Shown here: in pieces, positions 39,692-49,175 of the stretch
Layout: each line of letters opens with the position of its first letter
Numbering within the stretch: position 1 is the stretch's first letter
Assembly: GCA_016935835.1 (NCBI GenBank)
Contig: JAFGQE010000003.1
Span: 5,063-69,062, forward strand
Direction of reading: 5' to 3'
Length of the DNA: 64,000 nt
From: Clostridia bacterium
GTDB lineage: Bacteria; Bacillota; Clostridia; DUPQ01
The notes under the pieces: model-generated
Database searches by the model: none
What the model was told of the DNA's origin: nothing
Seen by the model: the letters and a program-made list of their open reading frames with translations, nothing else
Made by a program: the position numbers and the translations under genes

Positions 39692-40801
39692 TCAGAATCC
39701 GGTTGAGATTTCATGTATCTTCCACTCGCCGCCATATTTCATCAGCGTAAAGAACCGTGTGTTTTCGCCAGGTTCCCATCCGAACTGCTGATAATCGCCT
39801 GATTCCGGAACCTGCATTTTCACCTTGTAGCGCTGGATTTCATCGGTCCAGTTTTCCTCATCGGTTTCTGAAAATCCGGTCAGGACAAACTTTACTCCCC
39901 TTATTGAATCAAAACTGTCCGCCCACATATCCCTTGAGTTTTTATCAGGGGCCGCAGCATCATCCATCATTCCTATGGCATCTTCAGTTTTACCTTCATT
40001 TATCAGTGTTAGGAATTTTTTAAGAGTCAGGTCCTGATCCTGCATCCAGGCCATATGGGAAAGATCCGTACCCTTGACCACAAGATTCTCCTGGCTAATG
40101 GTGTCATTGTCGTTATTTCTGTATTTGACCTCGGCAAATTTACCCGTTGCGGCATTCACATAATAGAAATGCCTTTCGTACTCGCCGTTTCCGAGTGGAA
40201 CCCTATATGTAAAACCCCAGTATGGAAAATCATTATCATAATAACCGCTGACCTCATACCCTGCGTTGACGGGTATCAATCCGGTTATTCCTCCGTTTTC
40301 AATGACTTCCTTGGCGGCTTCCGCCATGGACATGAGGGGCCTGTCCTTTGGCAGGGATTGGTCCAGAGTGAAATTATTCTTGTCATCAACGAGCGTTCTT
40401 GAAATCTCATTCCCGAAAATATATACATATATAAGCTTGCCGGCTTTCGGGCTCACGAAATCCACCGTCCAGGAGTGGCATGAATCGGTGTTGGTCCAGT
40501 CGTAATGCAACGCCGTGCCAATACCGTTGATCATGCTCCAAAGAACCGCGTCGTCGTATAGTTTCACCGCCTCGGCATATGCCATGGCGGCGGCATCGAG
40601 CGAAGTTATATAATTGACGTCTTCTAATGCTTCCGATTGGCCCGGGGTGTTCGGACCCTTGGTTCCTGCCGGTGTGGGTGTCCCGGGTGCAATTGTGCCG
40701 CCGCCTGGTTCTTCCGCGCCCCCGCTTCCGCAGCCGGCAAACAGTAAAGCAAAGACAGACAACATCATGATTATGCAAAAGACAGAAGATTTGTGTTTCA
40801 T
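39692..40801 (-). CDS. Lipoprotein with Pro/Gly/Thr linker, PepSY-like segments and DUF4829/NTF2-like C-terminus
   Basis: Lipobox LFAG-C, linker GGTIAPGTPTPAGT, YYVNAATGK, TRFFTLMKYGGEWKIHEISTG. Confidence 0.65.
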   Translation of the reverse strand: MKHKSSVFCIIMMLSVFALLFAGCGSGGAEEPGGGTIAPGTPTPAGTKGPNTPGQSEALEDVNYITSLDAAAMAYAEAVKLYDDAVLWSMINGIGTALHYDWTNTDSCHSWTVDFVSPKAGKLIYVYIFGNEISRTLVDDKNNFTLDQSLPKDRPLMSMAEAAKEVIENGGITGLIPVNAGYEVSGYYDNDFPYWGFTYRVPLGNGEYERHFYYVNAATGKFAEVKYRNNDNDTISQENLVVKGTDLSHMAWMQDQDLTLKKFLTLINEGKTEDAIGMMDDAAAPDKNSRDMWADSFDSIRGVKFVLTGFSETDEENWTDEIQRYKVKMQVPESGDYQQFGWEPGENTRFFTLMKYGGEWKIHEISTGF

Positions 40802-41036
40802 ATAAACCCCCTGATTATTGAATTACATTTCCAATATATCACAATCAAAACATAAAATGAACCATGGAGCCGGCAGTACGATGCGAAAAACAAACATTCA
40901 GTAAGCAATGGGCTGCCCGTACCCGCGAATTTAAAACAGGAGAATTGAATCCGGCGCCATGTGATTATATCCGGCATCCGCGGGTATAATAGGTAATATG
41001 AAAAATAACAAAAAACCAATCGAATCAGGTGATTTT

Positions 41037-42281
41037 ATGGATGAGATGAACTTTAATGGAAAGTCTGGCGTTGCGCTTTTCATAACCGATGATTGCCCGC
41101 CCTGTGAGGCGGTGGTTCCTGTTCACGATAAGTTTTCCAAGATTTACGGAAAGGATATCAATTTCGTCACCGTAAATATAAAGGAGAAACCGGACCTGGC
41201 TGAAAAATACAAGATAAGAAGCATGCCGACGCTTATGTTCATGAAGGACGGCAATGAGGCCTGCTCAAGGCTTGGGGGATATATAGAAACCGACGAATTC
41301 AAGGGCAGGATTGAAAATGTGCTTGGGGGCAAATGCCCTGAAATGAGCAGGCAGAAGGTTACGGCAGATGTCATAATACTTGGCGCCGGACCCGCCGGGC
41401 TTTCGGCGGCGATATATACGGCAAGATCGAAATTGTATACTGTTGTAATCGACAGGGCGCTTCCGGGCGGACAGGTGGCGACAACATACACTGTGGAAAA
41501 CTATGCGGGCACGGACGGCCCGATAGAGGGACCGGCACTGATGGAGAATATGGTGAGGCAGGCTGAATCCTTCGGCGCGGAAATATTTGAGCTCAAGGAA
41601 GTCACCGGGATTGATTTCAGCGGAAGGATCAGGCATGTGTCGACCGAGGACACGGATTATTATGCAAAGGCGGTAATCATAGCAACAGGGGCGCAGCCCA
41701 GGCATCTTGCCGTTGACAGGGCGGATGAGCTGCAGGGTAAGGGAGTGCATTATTGCGCCACATGCGACGGCGCCTTGTATCAAGGAGCTGAGATCCTGGT
41801 TGTCGGAGGAGGCAATTCCGCAGTGGAGGAAGCCGTGAACCTTGCAAAGTTCGCATCAGGGATTACCCTGGTCAACCTGCATGATTCATTTACGGCAACA
41901 AAGGCCGGACAGAATGCGCTGTTTCGGAATAAAAGGATAAATGTAGCCTGGAATTCAGAAATTGTGGAGCTTATCGGTGAAAACTTCCTGGAGAAAGTTG
42001 TGATCAAGAACAGGAAGTCAGGCAAAAGGAAGACCATTGCCGCCGAGGGAATATTCACATTCATCGGAATGGTTCCCCGAACGGAACTTTTCAAAGATTC
42101 TGTTGATATGGATGAAAAAGGGTATATATTAACAGACGAGAATATGGAGACCAGCATCCCGGGAGTTTATGCATGCGGGGATGTGCGAAGGAAAAATATA
42201 AGGCAGATCGCGAATGCGGTCGGAGATGGAGCAATCGCTGCAATATTTGCCGAGAAATACATATCTTCATTGGAAGATTAA
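41037..42281 (+). CDS. trxB: Thioredoxin domain fused to a thioredoxin-disulfide reductase
   Basis: N-terminal Trx (CPPC, IRSMPTL), then GAGPAGLSAA, HYCATCDG, VGGGNSA, GVYACGDV. Start reset to ATG 41037. Confidence 0.9.
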   Translation: MDEMNFNGKSGVALFITDDCPPCEAVVPVHDKFSKIYGKDINFVTVNIKEKPDLAEKYKIRSMPTLMFMKDGNEACSRLGGYIETDEFKGRIENVLGGKCPEMSRQKVTADVIILGAGPAGLSAAIYTARSKLYTVVIDRALPGGQVATTYTVENYAGTDGPIEGPALMENMVRQAESFGAEIFELKEVTGIDFSGRIRHVSTEDTDYYAKAVIIATGAQPRHLAVDRADELQGKGVHYCATCDGALYQGAEILVVGGGNSAVEEAVNLAKFASGITLVNLHDSFTATKAGQNALFRNKRINVAWNSEIVELIGENFLEKVVIKNRKSGKRKTIAAEGIFTFIGMVPRTELFKDSVDMDEKGYILTDENMETSIPGVYACGDVRRKNIRQIANAVGDGAIAAIFAEKYISSLED

Positions 42282-42298
42282 GAAGAAGGAGAGAGAAA

Positions 42299-42523
42299 AT
42301 GGTAAAAGTTTATTCAACGCCCACATGCCCCTATTGTAAAATGGCAAAGAAGTTCCTGGCGGAAAATGAAGTGCAGTTCGAGGACATTGATGTTTCAAAG
42401 GACCGCGACCAGGCAATGGAGATGATCAGCAAGTCAGGTCAGAGGGGGGTTCCGGTAATAGACTTCAACGGCGAAATCATTATCGGTTTTGACAAGCCCA
42501 GGCTCGAACACCTTATAGTATAG
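42299..42523 (+). CDS. NrdH/YruB-like glutaredoxin-family protein
   Basis: MVKVYSTPTCPYC, SGQRGVPVI, IIGFD; RBS AAGGAG. Confidence 0.92.
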   Translation: MVKVYSTPTCPYCKMAKKFLAENEVQFEDIDVSKDRDQAMEMISKSGQRGVPVIDFNGEIIIGFDKPRLEHLIV

Positions 42524-42639
42524 GGACTTCCGGCGGGATACCGGTACCTGCCGTTGAAATGTGCGCGTTCAGCCTGGCTGCGCCTCATATGACATGCCGG
42601 GCACGTTTATCAGCAAAAACAGACAATTCAACATTGGAT

Positions 42640-42667
42640 AAAAAAAGCGGTCCTTCCGGACCGTTTT

Positions 42668-42668
<1 letters not shown>
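42640..42668. terminator. Bidirectional intrinsic terminator abutting the tRNA 3' end
   Basis: AAAAAAAGCGGTCC-TTCC-GGACCGTTTTT. Confidence 0.8.
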
Positions 42669-42743
<75 letters not shown>

Positions 42744-42797
42744 GCAATTTGCGATTTGTATTTTAACATAACATGATGAGTTAGTCCATTAAATTTT

Positions 42798-43424
42798 TCA
42801 TATGGACATACCGGCGGCGATTCCCGAAATTTTCCGCCGTATTCTTTGCAGGGCATTGTCTATCGATTTCGCCGGCTTGTCCATCAATAAGGATATTCTC
42901 CTGTAGTCCTCGCCTTTGAGATACATCAGCAGCACCTGGTTTTCCAGCTTGCTGAGGCTTTCCTTTATTTTATTCATTAGAAGCCCGGTTGTTTCCTTGC
43001 TGATTATGAAGTCCTCGGGGCTGCTGTTTCCATACTGATAAAGAATATCGGCAAGCGTCCGGTCGTCCCCTTCATCGACCGGTTTGCTCAAGGATACATA
43101 TGAATTGAGCGGCTGGTGCTTTTGCCGTGTAGCGGCCTTTACCGCGGTCAGGATCTGCCTTGTTATACAAAGTTCGGCAAAAGCTGGGAAACAAGGGGTT
43201 ATTGTACTGTCAAAGTCCATGATCGCTTTATAAAGCCCTATCATTCCCTCCTGCATAATATCCTCGCTATCTGCCCCGATAAGAAAATAAGACCTTGATT
43301 TTGCCCTCGCAAGCGACAGGTATTTATACATGACATACTCCATCGCGCGTTCATCATTGTTTTTTGCAAGGGCAATTACATCATTTTCTTTCATTGAATC
43401 ATAGTCGTTGGTCATTTTATCCAC
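42798..43424 (-). CDS. sigH: RNA polymerase sigma-H factor
   Basis: SYFLIGADSEDIMQEGMIGLYKAI, FAELCITRQILTAVKAATRQKHQPLNSYVSL, KSIDNALQRIRRK. Probable GTG start at 43424. Confidence 0.95.
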   Translation of the reverse strand: MDKMTNDYDSMKENDVIALAKNNDERAMEYVMYKYLSLARAKSRSYFLIGADSEDIMQEGMIGLYKAIMDFDSTITPCFPAFAELCITRQILTAVKAATRQKHQPLNSYVSLSKPVDEGDDRTLADILYQYGNSSPEDFIISKETTGLLMNKIKESLSKLENQVLLMYLKGEDYRRISLLMDKPAKSIDNALQRIRRKISGIAAGMSI

Positions 43425-43446
43425 GGATTGCCTTTCATATTTCAAA

Positions 43447-44466
43447 CTACAGGTATTTATGCTGATTTTCAAATACATCAAGCATTGCGGCTATATTCCC
43501 GGCAGGGACGTCATATGGCACCGCATGGGTCGGCGAGGCTATGTAGCCTCCGCCGGGGCCAAGGGTCTTCATTATCGAGATTGTTTTTTGACGGACGCCA
43601 TCCGGGGTCTCGAACGGCAGCATTGACTGCGTGCTTATGGCGCCCCAGAAGCTCAGGTCATTTCCCAATTCGGATTTAACCCGGGCAATGTCATAGATTT
43701 CGGGTTGGAAGGTCTGATAGCAGTGGAGCCCGCATTCAATGACATCAGGAAGGACTTCACTGATATCCCCGCATGAATGCTGCATGACGAACTTGCCGCT
43801 TTTCCTGACCGCGGAATAAGCTCTTTTAAGCCGGGGCTTGATAAATTCACGCCACATGGCCGGCCCCATTATCAGACCTCTCTGCTGGCCCCAGTCGTCG
43901 CCGAAGCAGACCCCGTCCACATCATATGAGGCCGCAAACTCGACGAGGGAGATATTGAAACCGCATATCCTGTCAAGAAGCCCGTGCACGAAATCCGGGT
44001 GCATTATCATGTCCATGAGGAGATTTTCCATTCCTCTCAATGTCCAGGCCCTTTCAAATAGCGAGAAGCCGATATTGAACACCTTGAAAACATCCTTGTT
44101 TGATTCGGAAAACCGGACTAGCCTCGAGCCAAGCTCATTAAAATCAATTTCTGGAAGGTCGAATCCGAATGCATCGGGTTCCTCTATGACGTGGTTTTCA
44201 ACAATGCCGATATCCTTGTCGGGTCCGCTCCGGTTCCAGACGACGCCCCACTGGTCCATGAAATGTCCGGGTGCGTATTCAAGCTCTGTGTGGGGCATGG
44301 AGTAATCGATCACTTTCAGATGGTTGTTTATCTTGTCCTCGAAATTATTATCACCGAAATACGCGGCCATTTTCTGCCATTGGGGAATCGTAAACGAAAC
44401 CTCGAATGGAATCCGGTCCGGCTCAATGTGGTTGAGGGAATTCACGACGCGTTGTTTTTTGTTCAT
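43447..44466 (-). CDS. Uroporphyrinogen decarboxylase (UroD/MtaA/CmuA-like) family protein
   Basis: EPDRIP, DQWGVVW, LRGMENLLMD, GDDWGQQ, HSCG, GGGYIASPTH. Start reset to ATG 44466 (RBS GGAGG). Confidence 0.85.
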   Translation of the reverse strand: MNKKQRVVNSLNHIEPDRIPFEVSFTIPQWQKMAAYFGDNNFEDKINNHLKVIDYSMPHTELEYAPGHFMDQWGVVWNRSGPDKDIGIVENHVIEEPDAFGFDLPEIDFNELGSRLVRFSESNKDVFKVFNIGFSLFERAWTLRGMENLLMDMIMHPDFVHGLLDRICGFNISLVEFAASYDVDGVCFGDDWGQQRGLIMGPAMWREFIKPRLKRAYSAVRKSGKFVMQHSCGDISEVLPDVIECGLHCYQTFQPEIYDIARVKSELGNDLSFWGAISTQSMLPFETPDGVRQKTISIMKTLGPGGGYIASPTHAVPYDVPAGNIAAMLDVFENQHKYL

Positions 44467-44597
44467 AGATCCTCCGTTTTGATGGCTGTGGCCAGCCGGT
44501 TGCAGTAATAAGTATACCGCATTTCCATCCGTCGATAAACCATGCGGACTCATGGGATTCGAATTAATCGAAAAAATTCGAAAAATGGAATTCCCAT

Positions 44598-44623
44598 GGA
44601 ACAAAAAAAGGCCCCTGTCGTTT
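44598..44623 (+). promoter_or_regulatory. Possible ECF-sigma promoter
   Basis: GGAAC (44598-44602), 16-nt spacer, CGTTT (44619-44623), about 30 nt before the start codon. Confidence 0.4.
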
Positions 44624-44654
44624 AATTGATATGCTTGGTAAGGAGGTTCGTTCC

Positions 44655-45038
44655 ATGAACAGGAAAAAGTGGATAGTAGTATTGGTAATCGCATTTTTAT
44701 TGACGGCAATCGGTGCAGGTGTTGCAATCGGAATGACGAATATAAAAAAGACTTCCGATGAATTCACAATCAAACCCGGCCAGCTGATTGATATAAAGCT
44801 TGAAGAGAACCCATCTACAGGTTACAGCTGGTCAGTCTCCATTTCAAACAATGATGTTGTTGAAGTGGCAAGGGATTACTTTGCTGAAGGCCTTCCGATC
44901 ATAGGCGGCGGAGGAGAGCACATCTGGAAGATCAAAGGACTGGAAAAAGGAGTTGCCACGCTTACTTTTTCATACAGCAGGTCCTGGGAAGAGAACAGAA
45001 CAATTGAAGAAAAGACTTTTACCATAAGGGTAAAATGA
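44655..45038 (+). CDS. Chagasin-family (I42) cysteine protease inhibitor, N-terminal signal/anchor
   Basis: LEENPSTGYSW, IGGGG, YSRSWE loop motifs; RBS AGGAGG. Confidence 0.9.
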   Translation: MNRKKWIVVLVIAFLLTAIGAGVAIGMTNIKKTSDEFTIKPGQLIDIKLEENPSTGYSWSVSISNNDVVEVARDYFAEGLPIIGGGGEHIWKIKGLEKGVATLTFSYSRSWEENRTIEEKTFTIRVK

Positions 45039-45054
45039 TTTCCTTCCATCTTTG

Positions 45055-45083
45055 AAAAGCACCCTTGGCGGTGCTTTTTTTTT
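45055..45083 (+). terminator. Intrinsic terminator
   Basis: AAAAGCACC-CTTGGC-GGTGC followed by T9. Confidence 0.85.
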
Positions 45084-45160
45084 GCATTTGATTGCAGTTT
45101 GTCCCGCCCGGGATATAGAGGCTGATACCGGCCGGGATCAAACTGGCCCAGCCGCGGCAA

Positions 45161-45189
45161 TTGCCATAATATTACATATATAATATAAT
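45161..45189 (+). promoter_or_regulatory. sigma-A promoter of the phoH operon
   Basis: TTGCCA, 17-nt spacer, TATAAT. Confidence 0.65.
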
Positions 45190-45226
45190 GTTTAGGCGGT
45201 CTGAAAATAGGAAGGAACCCTTGTAT

Positions 45227-46189
45227 ATGGAAAAGACTATCGGATTCGACAATATTGACCATGTCATGAATTTGTTCGGAAGCCAGGATGAGAATGCAAA
45301 GGCAATCGAAAGCATACTTGCGGTAAGCATTGTGCCCAGAGGAACAGATATTAAGATAATAGGCGAAGAAAGCCAGGTCGAAAAGACCCTTGAGCTCATA
45401 GACAAGCTCATGCGGATAGCGCGGGACGGAGACGAGATAACAAAGCAGAACACGGTTTACCTCGCAAACCTCATAGCCGAAGGGGCCATGGGGGACGGTG
45501 AATACCCGGCTGATTATGTCTGCCTGAATGCAAACGGCAAACCAATCAAGTCAAAGACGTTCGGGCAGAAAAAATATGTGGAGAACATAAAGAAGAACGA
45601 CATTGTCTTTTGCATAGGCCCTGCCGGAACCGGCAAGACGTTCCTTGCGGTGGCAATGGCGGTAACTGCTTTCAGGGCGGACAAGGTGAACAGGATAATC
45701 CTGACGAGACCGGCGGTCGAGGCGGGTGAAAAGCTGGGCTTTTTACCAGGGGATCTCCAGAGCAAGATCGACCCTTACCTGCGCCCCCTGTATGATTCGC
45801 TTTATGAAATAATGGGACCGGAGGCATTTTACAGGAACAGGGAAAAAGGACTGATTGAAATTGTTCCGCTGGCATATATGAGGGGACGGACCCTTGATGA
45901 TTCATTCATCATACTTGATGAGGCGCAGAACACGACGAAGGAACAGATGAAGATGTTCCTCACCAGGATGGGGTTCAATTCAAAGGTAATAGTCACCGGG
46001 GATGTAACCCAGATAGATTTGCCCAGCGACAAGAAGTCGGGTCTCAGGGAATCCGAGAACATACTCAAGAATATCAAGGGAATTGCCTTTTCCTACCTGA
46101 CCGAAAGGGATGTCGTAAGGCACGAGCTTGTGCAAAAAATAATTAAGGCATATGATAAATATGAAAACGGCCGGGTAAAGAAAGGTTGA
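45227..46189 (+). CDS. phoH: PhoH-family ATPase
   Basis: GPAGTGKT, LTRPAVEAGEKLGFLPGD, AYMRGRTL, DEAQN, GDVTQIDL. Confidence 0.95.
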   Translation: MEKTIGFDNIDHVMNLFGSQDENAKAIESILAVSIVPRGTDIKIIGEESQVEKTLELIDKLMRIARDGDEITKQNTVYLANLIAEGAMGDGEYPADYVCLNANGKPIKSKTFGQKKYVENIKKNDIVFCIGPAGTGKTFLAVAMAVTAFRADKVNRIILTRPAVEAGEKLGFLPGDLQSKIDPYLRPLYDSLYEIMGPEAFYRNREKGLIEIVPLAYMRGRTLDDSFIILDEAQNTTKEQMKMFLTRMGFNSKVIVTGDVTQIDLPSDKKSGLRESENILKNIKGIAFSYLTERDVVRHELVQKIIKAYDKYENGRVKKG

Positions 46190-46190
46190 A

Positions 46191-48290
46191 ATGAAGATAT
46201 TGAGGAAGATATTCACTAGGAACAATATCCTGGCGGGCCTGATAATCTTCGCGACGCTGGCATTGCTTGCCGCAAGTGCATACTTCAAGGTAATGCCCCT
46301 TGCCGCGGCTGTCGCCGAAGACGGGACGGCGCACAAGGACCTGTATGCCCCATATGATTTTTATGACAAGGCCGGAACCGAGGCGCTTGCTGAAAAGGCC
46401 GCGGAAGAAACAGATCCCGTACTGATAACGCGCCACGATACGACATTCTCCGCCTTCGAGGATCTTGCGTTGTTTTTTGATGATACCGATGGATTCAGGC
46501 TTGACATTGCGGCTTATCAGGGCGGGGACCGCAATGTATACCTTGACAATAAAATCAGCGCATACATAATCATGTGCGACAATAATAATATAAAGGCAAA
46601 ATACAATACGGCAAGGAAGATCCTTTCTTCAATAAGCAATTCCGAATATGCGAATTTTAAATCAGTGATAACCCAGAATTTTTCATCCATGCAGAACCGG
46701 GATGTATTCGATGAGAATCGCGCCATGCTGCTTGAGAAATTCAAGGAGGACACCAGGTACTCTATAATCGACCAGGACCTGAACGAGCTGGGCAACGGCA
46801 TTGCCGCGGCATTTCTGAGAACGAACAGCATCATAAATGTGGAGGAGACCGCCTTGTTGAGGGAGGCTGCAAGAAAGGATGTTCTTGAAAACAAACGGAT
46901 TTTCATCACGGAGGGAAGCCTTATCATTGCCAAGGGCGAAAAGGCGGACCAAGATACACTCCGTATAATCAATTCAATGGATTTATCAGGAGAAAAGGAC
47001 TTCAATCCCAGGCTCATTCTCGGAATCTCCGGATTGCTTTTGATAATGCTCGTCCCTGTCTTTATATTCAAAGCGCTTTTTTCCAATAAAAAGAAATATA
47101 CAAAGAGGCATATTCTAGTGGTGGGTGTTTTGGAAATCCTGCTCTTTTCATTTGTTTTTCTTATCCCGAACAGTTTCCGCCTGTATATTCCGGTATTTTT
47201 CCTGCCGATGCTCATTGCGATATTGGTTGATGAAAACATGGCTATCATCATCGGGGCCGTGACGGCGGTTTTTCTTGGATTCATATATAAAGCCGACTCG
47301 ACTTATCTGGCAATTCTGATTGGCAGCGGAACGCTGTCGGCGTATTTTGCGAAGAAGACCAGCGTCAGGATGCATCTTCTTGCCTCCGGCCTGGTGATCG
47401 GCATATCCGCGGCGGCGATATTGTTTCTTTCCACGCTGGCGGCTAACGGAAGCATTGCGGACATAGTCAATGACCTGGCCGCATTGCTGGCGAGCGGAAT
47501 GATTTCCGTCATACTGGTGCTTGGACTTCTGCCTTTGTTCGAAAGTGTTTTCAATATAGTGACGCCGTTCAAGCTGATGGAACTTGCGAATCCTGCGCGG
47601 CCATTGCTGAAAAGGCTCCTGATTGAGGCCCCGGGAACTTACCATCACAGCCTTATGGTCGGCAACCTGGCTGAGGAAGCGGCCAATGAGATAGGGGCGA
47701 ACGGGTTGCTTGCGAGGGTCGGGGCCTACTACCACGACATAGGGAAAATGAGCAAGCCGATGTTTTATAAGGAAAACCAGGGTTCCGAGGAAAATCCCCA
47801 TAACAGCATGAAGCCGGAGCTAAGCAAGCTGGTCATCACAAACCATACGAAGGAAGGCGACGAGATAGCCCGCAAGTACAAGCTGCCGCATGCAATACGC
47901 GACTTCATAATGGAACATCACGGAACGACGCAGGTAAAGTATTTCTACAACAAGGCGCTTGAACAAAACGGCGGGGAAGCAAATGCCGATGCATTCAGAT
48001 ATGACGGGCCCAAGCCAAGGACAAAGGAATCCGCTGTCGTTATGCTCGCAGACTCCGTCGAGGCGACAATAAGGTCGAGGGGTGACATCCCGAGGGATGA
48101 GGTAGAGGGAATCATCCGGAAATTGATCAAGGAAAAACTTGACGACGGGCAGTTCGACCTGTGTGACATAAGGCTGAAGGACTTCGACGACATTGCCAAC
48201 GCGTTCATGCGGGTTTTCAGCGGATATTTCCACAAGAGGATTGAATACCCGGAGCCTCTGGAAGGCGGGTCAAATGGCTTTGAAGGCTGA
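46191..48290 (+). CDS. pgpH: 7TM-HD phosphohydrolase (PgpH-like c-di-AMP phosphodiesterase)
   Basis: Extracellular domain, TM bundle, EAPGTYHHS, YYHDIGK, EHHGTT, MLADSVEA. Confidence 0.85.
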   Translation: MKILRKIFTRNNILAGLIIFATLALLAASAYFKVMPLAAAVAEDGTAHKDLYAPYDFYDKAGTEALAEKAAEETDPVLITRHDTTFSAFEDLALFFDDTDGFRLDIAAYQGGDRNVYLDNKISAYIIMCDNNNIKAKYNTARKILSSISNSEYANFKSVITQNFSSMQNRDVFDENRAMLLEKFKEDTRYSIIDQDLNELGNGIAAAFLRTNSIINVEETALLREAARKDVLENKRIFITEGSLIIAKGEKADQDTLRIINSMDLSGEKDFNPRLILGISGLLLIMLVPVFIFKALFSNKKKYTKRHILVVGVLEILLFSFVFLIPNSFRLYIPVFFLPMLIAILVDENMAIIIGAVTAVFLGFIYKADSTYLAILIGSGTLSAYFAKKTSVRMHLLASGLVIGISAAAILFLSTLAANGSIADIVNDLAALLASGMISVILVLGLLPLFESVFNIVTPFKLMELANPARPLLKRLLIEAPGTYHHSLMVGNLAEEAANEIGANGLLARVGAYYHDIGKMSKPMFYKENQGSEENPHNSMKPELSKLVITNHTKEGDEIARKYKLPHAIRDFIMEHHGTTQVKYFYNKALEQNGGEANADAFRYDGPKPRTKESAVVMLADSVEATIRSRGDIPRDEVEGIIRKLIKEKLDDGQFDLCDIRLKDFDDIANAFMRVFSGYFHKRIEYPEPLEGGSNGFEG

Positions 48291-48756
48291 TATTTCATTC
48301 AGCGGAGGCATTGAAAAAAATGACTTTCTTATAAAGACGGCCGAGGAAGTTTCCGCGGGCTGCATAAGGGGCGGCAGACATGATTTTTCCGTTGCCGTCA
48401 CTATTACCGGCAATGCTGAAATAAAAAGGCTTAACAGGGAATTCAGAGGGATTGACAACGAAACGGATGTGCTTTCATTTCCATTGCTCGATGCAAGGAA
48501 CGGAAGGCTTTCATGGAACAGGGCTGACATGGATGATGAAACGGGCTGTATTATGCTTGGTGATGTCGTGGTCTCCATTGAAAAGGCAGCGGAACAGGCG
48601 GAGCTCTATGGGCACTCGCTCGAGAGGGAAGTGGCGTTTCTTGTATGCCACGGCATGCTTCATCTTCTTGGCTATGATCATGCCGGGAAAAGGGATGAGG
48701 CAAGAATGACAAAAAAGCAAAGCAAGGTGCTGGATAAGCTTGGATATAAAAGATAA
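48274..48756 (+). CDS. ybeY: rRNA maturation endoribonuclease YbeY
   Basis: LNREFRG, TDVLSFP, LGDVV, HGMLHLLGYDH. Confidence 0.95.
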   Translation: MALKADISFSGGIEKNDFLIKTAEEVSAGCIRGGRHDFSVAVTITGNAEIKRLNREFRGIDNETDVLSFPLLDARNGRLSWNRADMDDETGCIMLGDVVVSIEKAAEQAELYGHSLEREVAFLVCHGMLHLLGYDHAGKRDEARMTKKQSKVLDKLGYKR

Positions 48757-48767
48757 GGAGACCGGAA

Positions 48768-49175
48768 ATGGAAGAACTTATTAAACTGGCTGAAGAGGCA
48801 TACGATAATTCATACTCGCCGTATTCAGGGGTAAGGATAGGCGCGGCTGCAAAAGGCGGCAGCGGCAGGATTTATACCGGGACCAATATAGAGAATTCAT
48901 CGTACGGGGCGACCATATGCGCCGAGAGATCGGCAATTGCAAAAGCGGTTTCCGAAGGGGAAAAGGTAATCACCGCGCTGGCGGTGACCGGCGACATTGA
49001 CGATTATGCATATCCATGCGGAATCTGCAGGCAGGTGATGAGCGAATTCATGGGCCCGGATGCCATGATCGGGGTTTCAGGCAAAGGCAAGGTAATGAAG
49101 GTATATAAACTGTCCGAGCTGTTGCCCAGCGCCTTTGAATATAATCGCGGAGGGAACAATAATAATGGCGTTTAA
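48768..49175 (+). CDS. cdd: Cytidine deaminase
   Basis: YSPYS, NIENSSYGATICAERSA, PCGICRQ. Confidence 0.95.
   Translation: MEELIKLAEEAYDNSYSPYSGVRIGAAAKGGSGRIYTGTNIENSSYGATICAERSAIAKAVSEGEKVITALAVTGDIDDYAYPCGICRQVMSEFMGPDAMIGVSGKGKVMKVYKLSELLPSAFEYNRGGNNNNGV

Noticed and set aside
33571..42523. Selenocysteine readthrough in the redox proteins
   Set aside because: All CxxC motifs use Cys codons, and I saw no in-frame TGA interrupting a conserved domain.
43447..44466. hemE (true uroporphyrinogen decarboxylase)
   Set aside because: It lacks the N-terminal RQAGR motif and resembles the broader MtaA/CmuA-like family.
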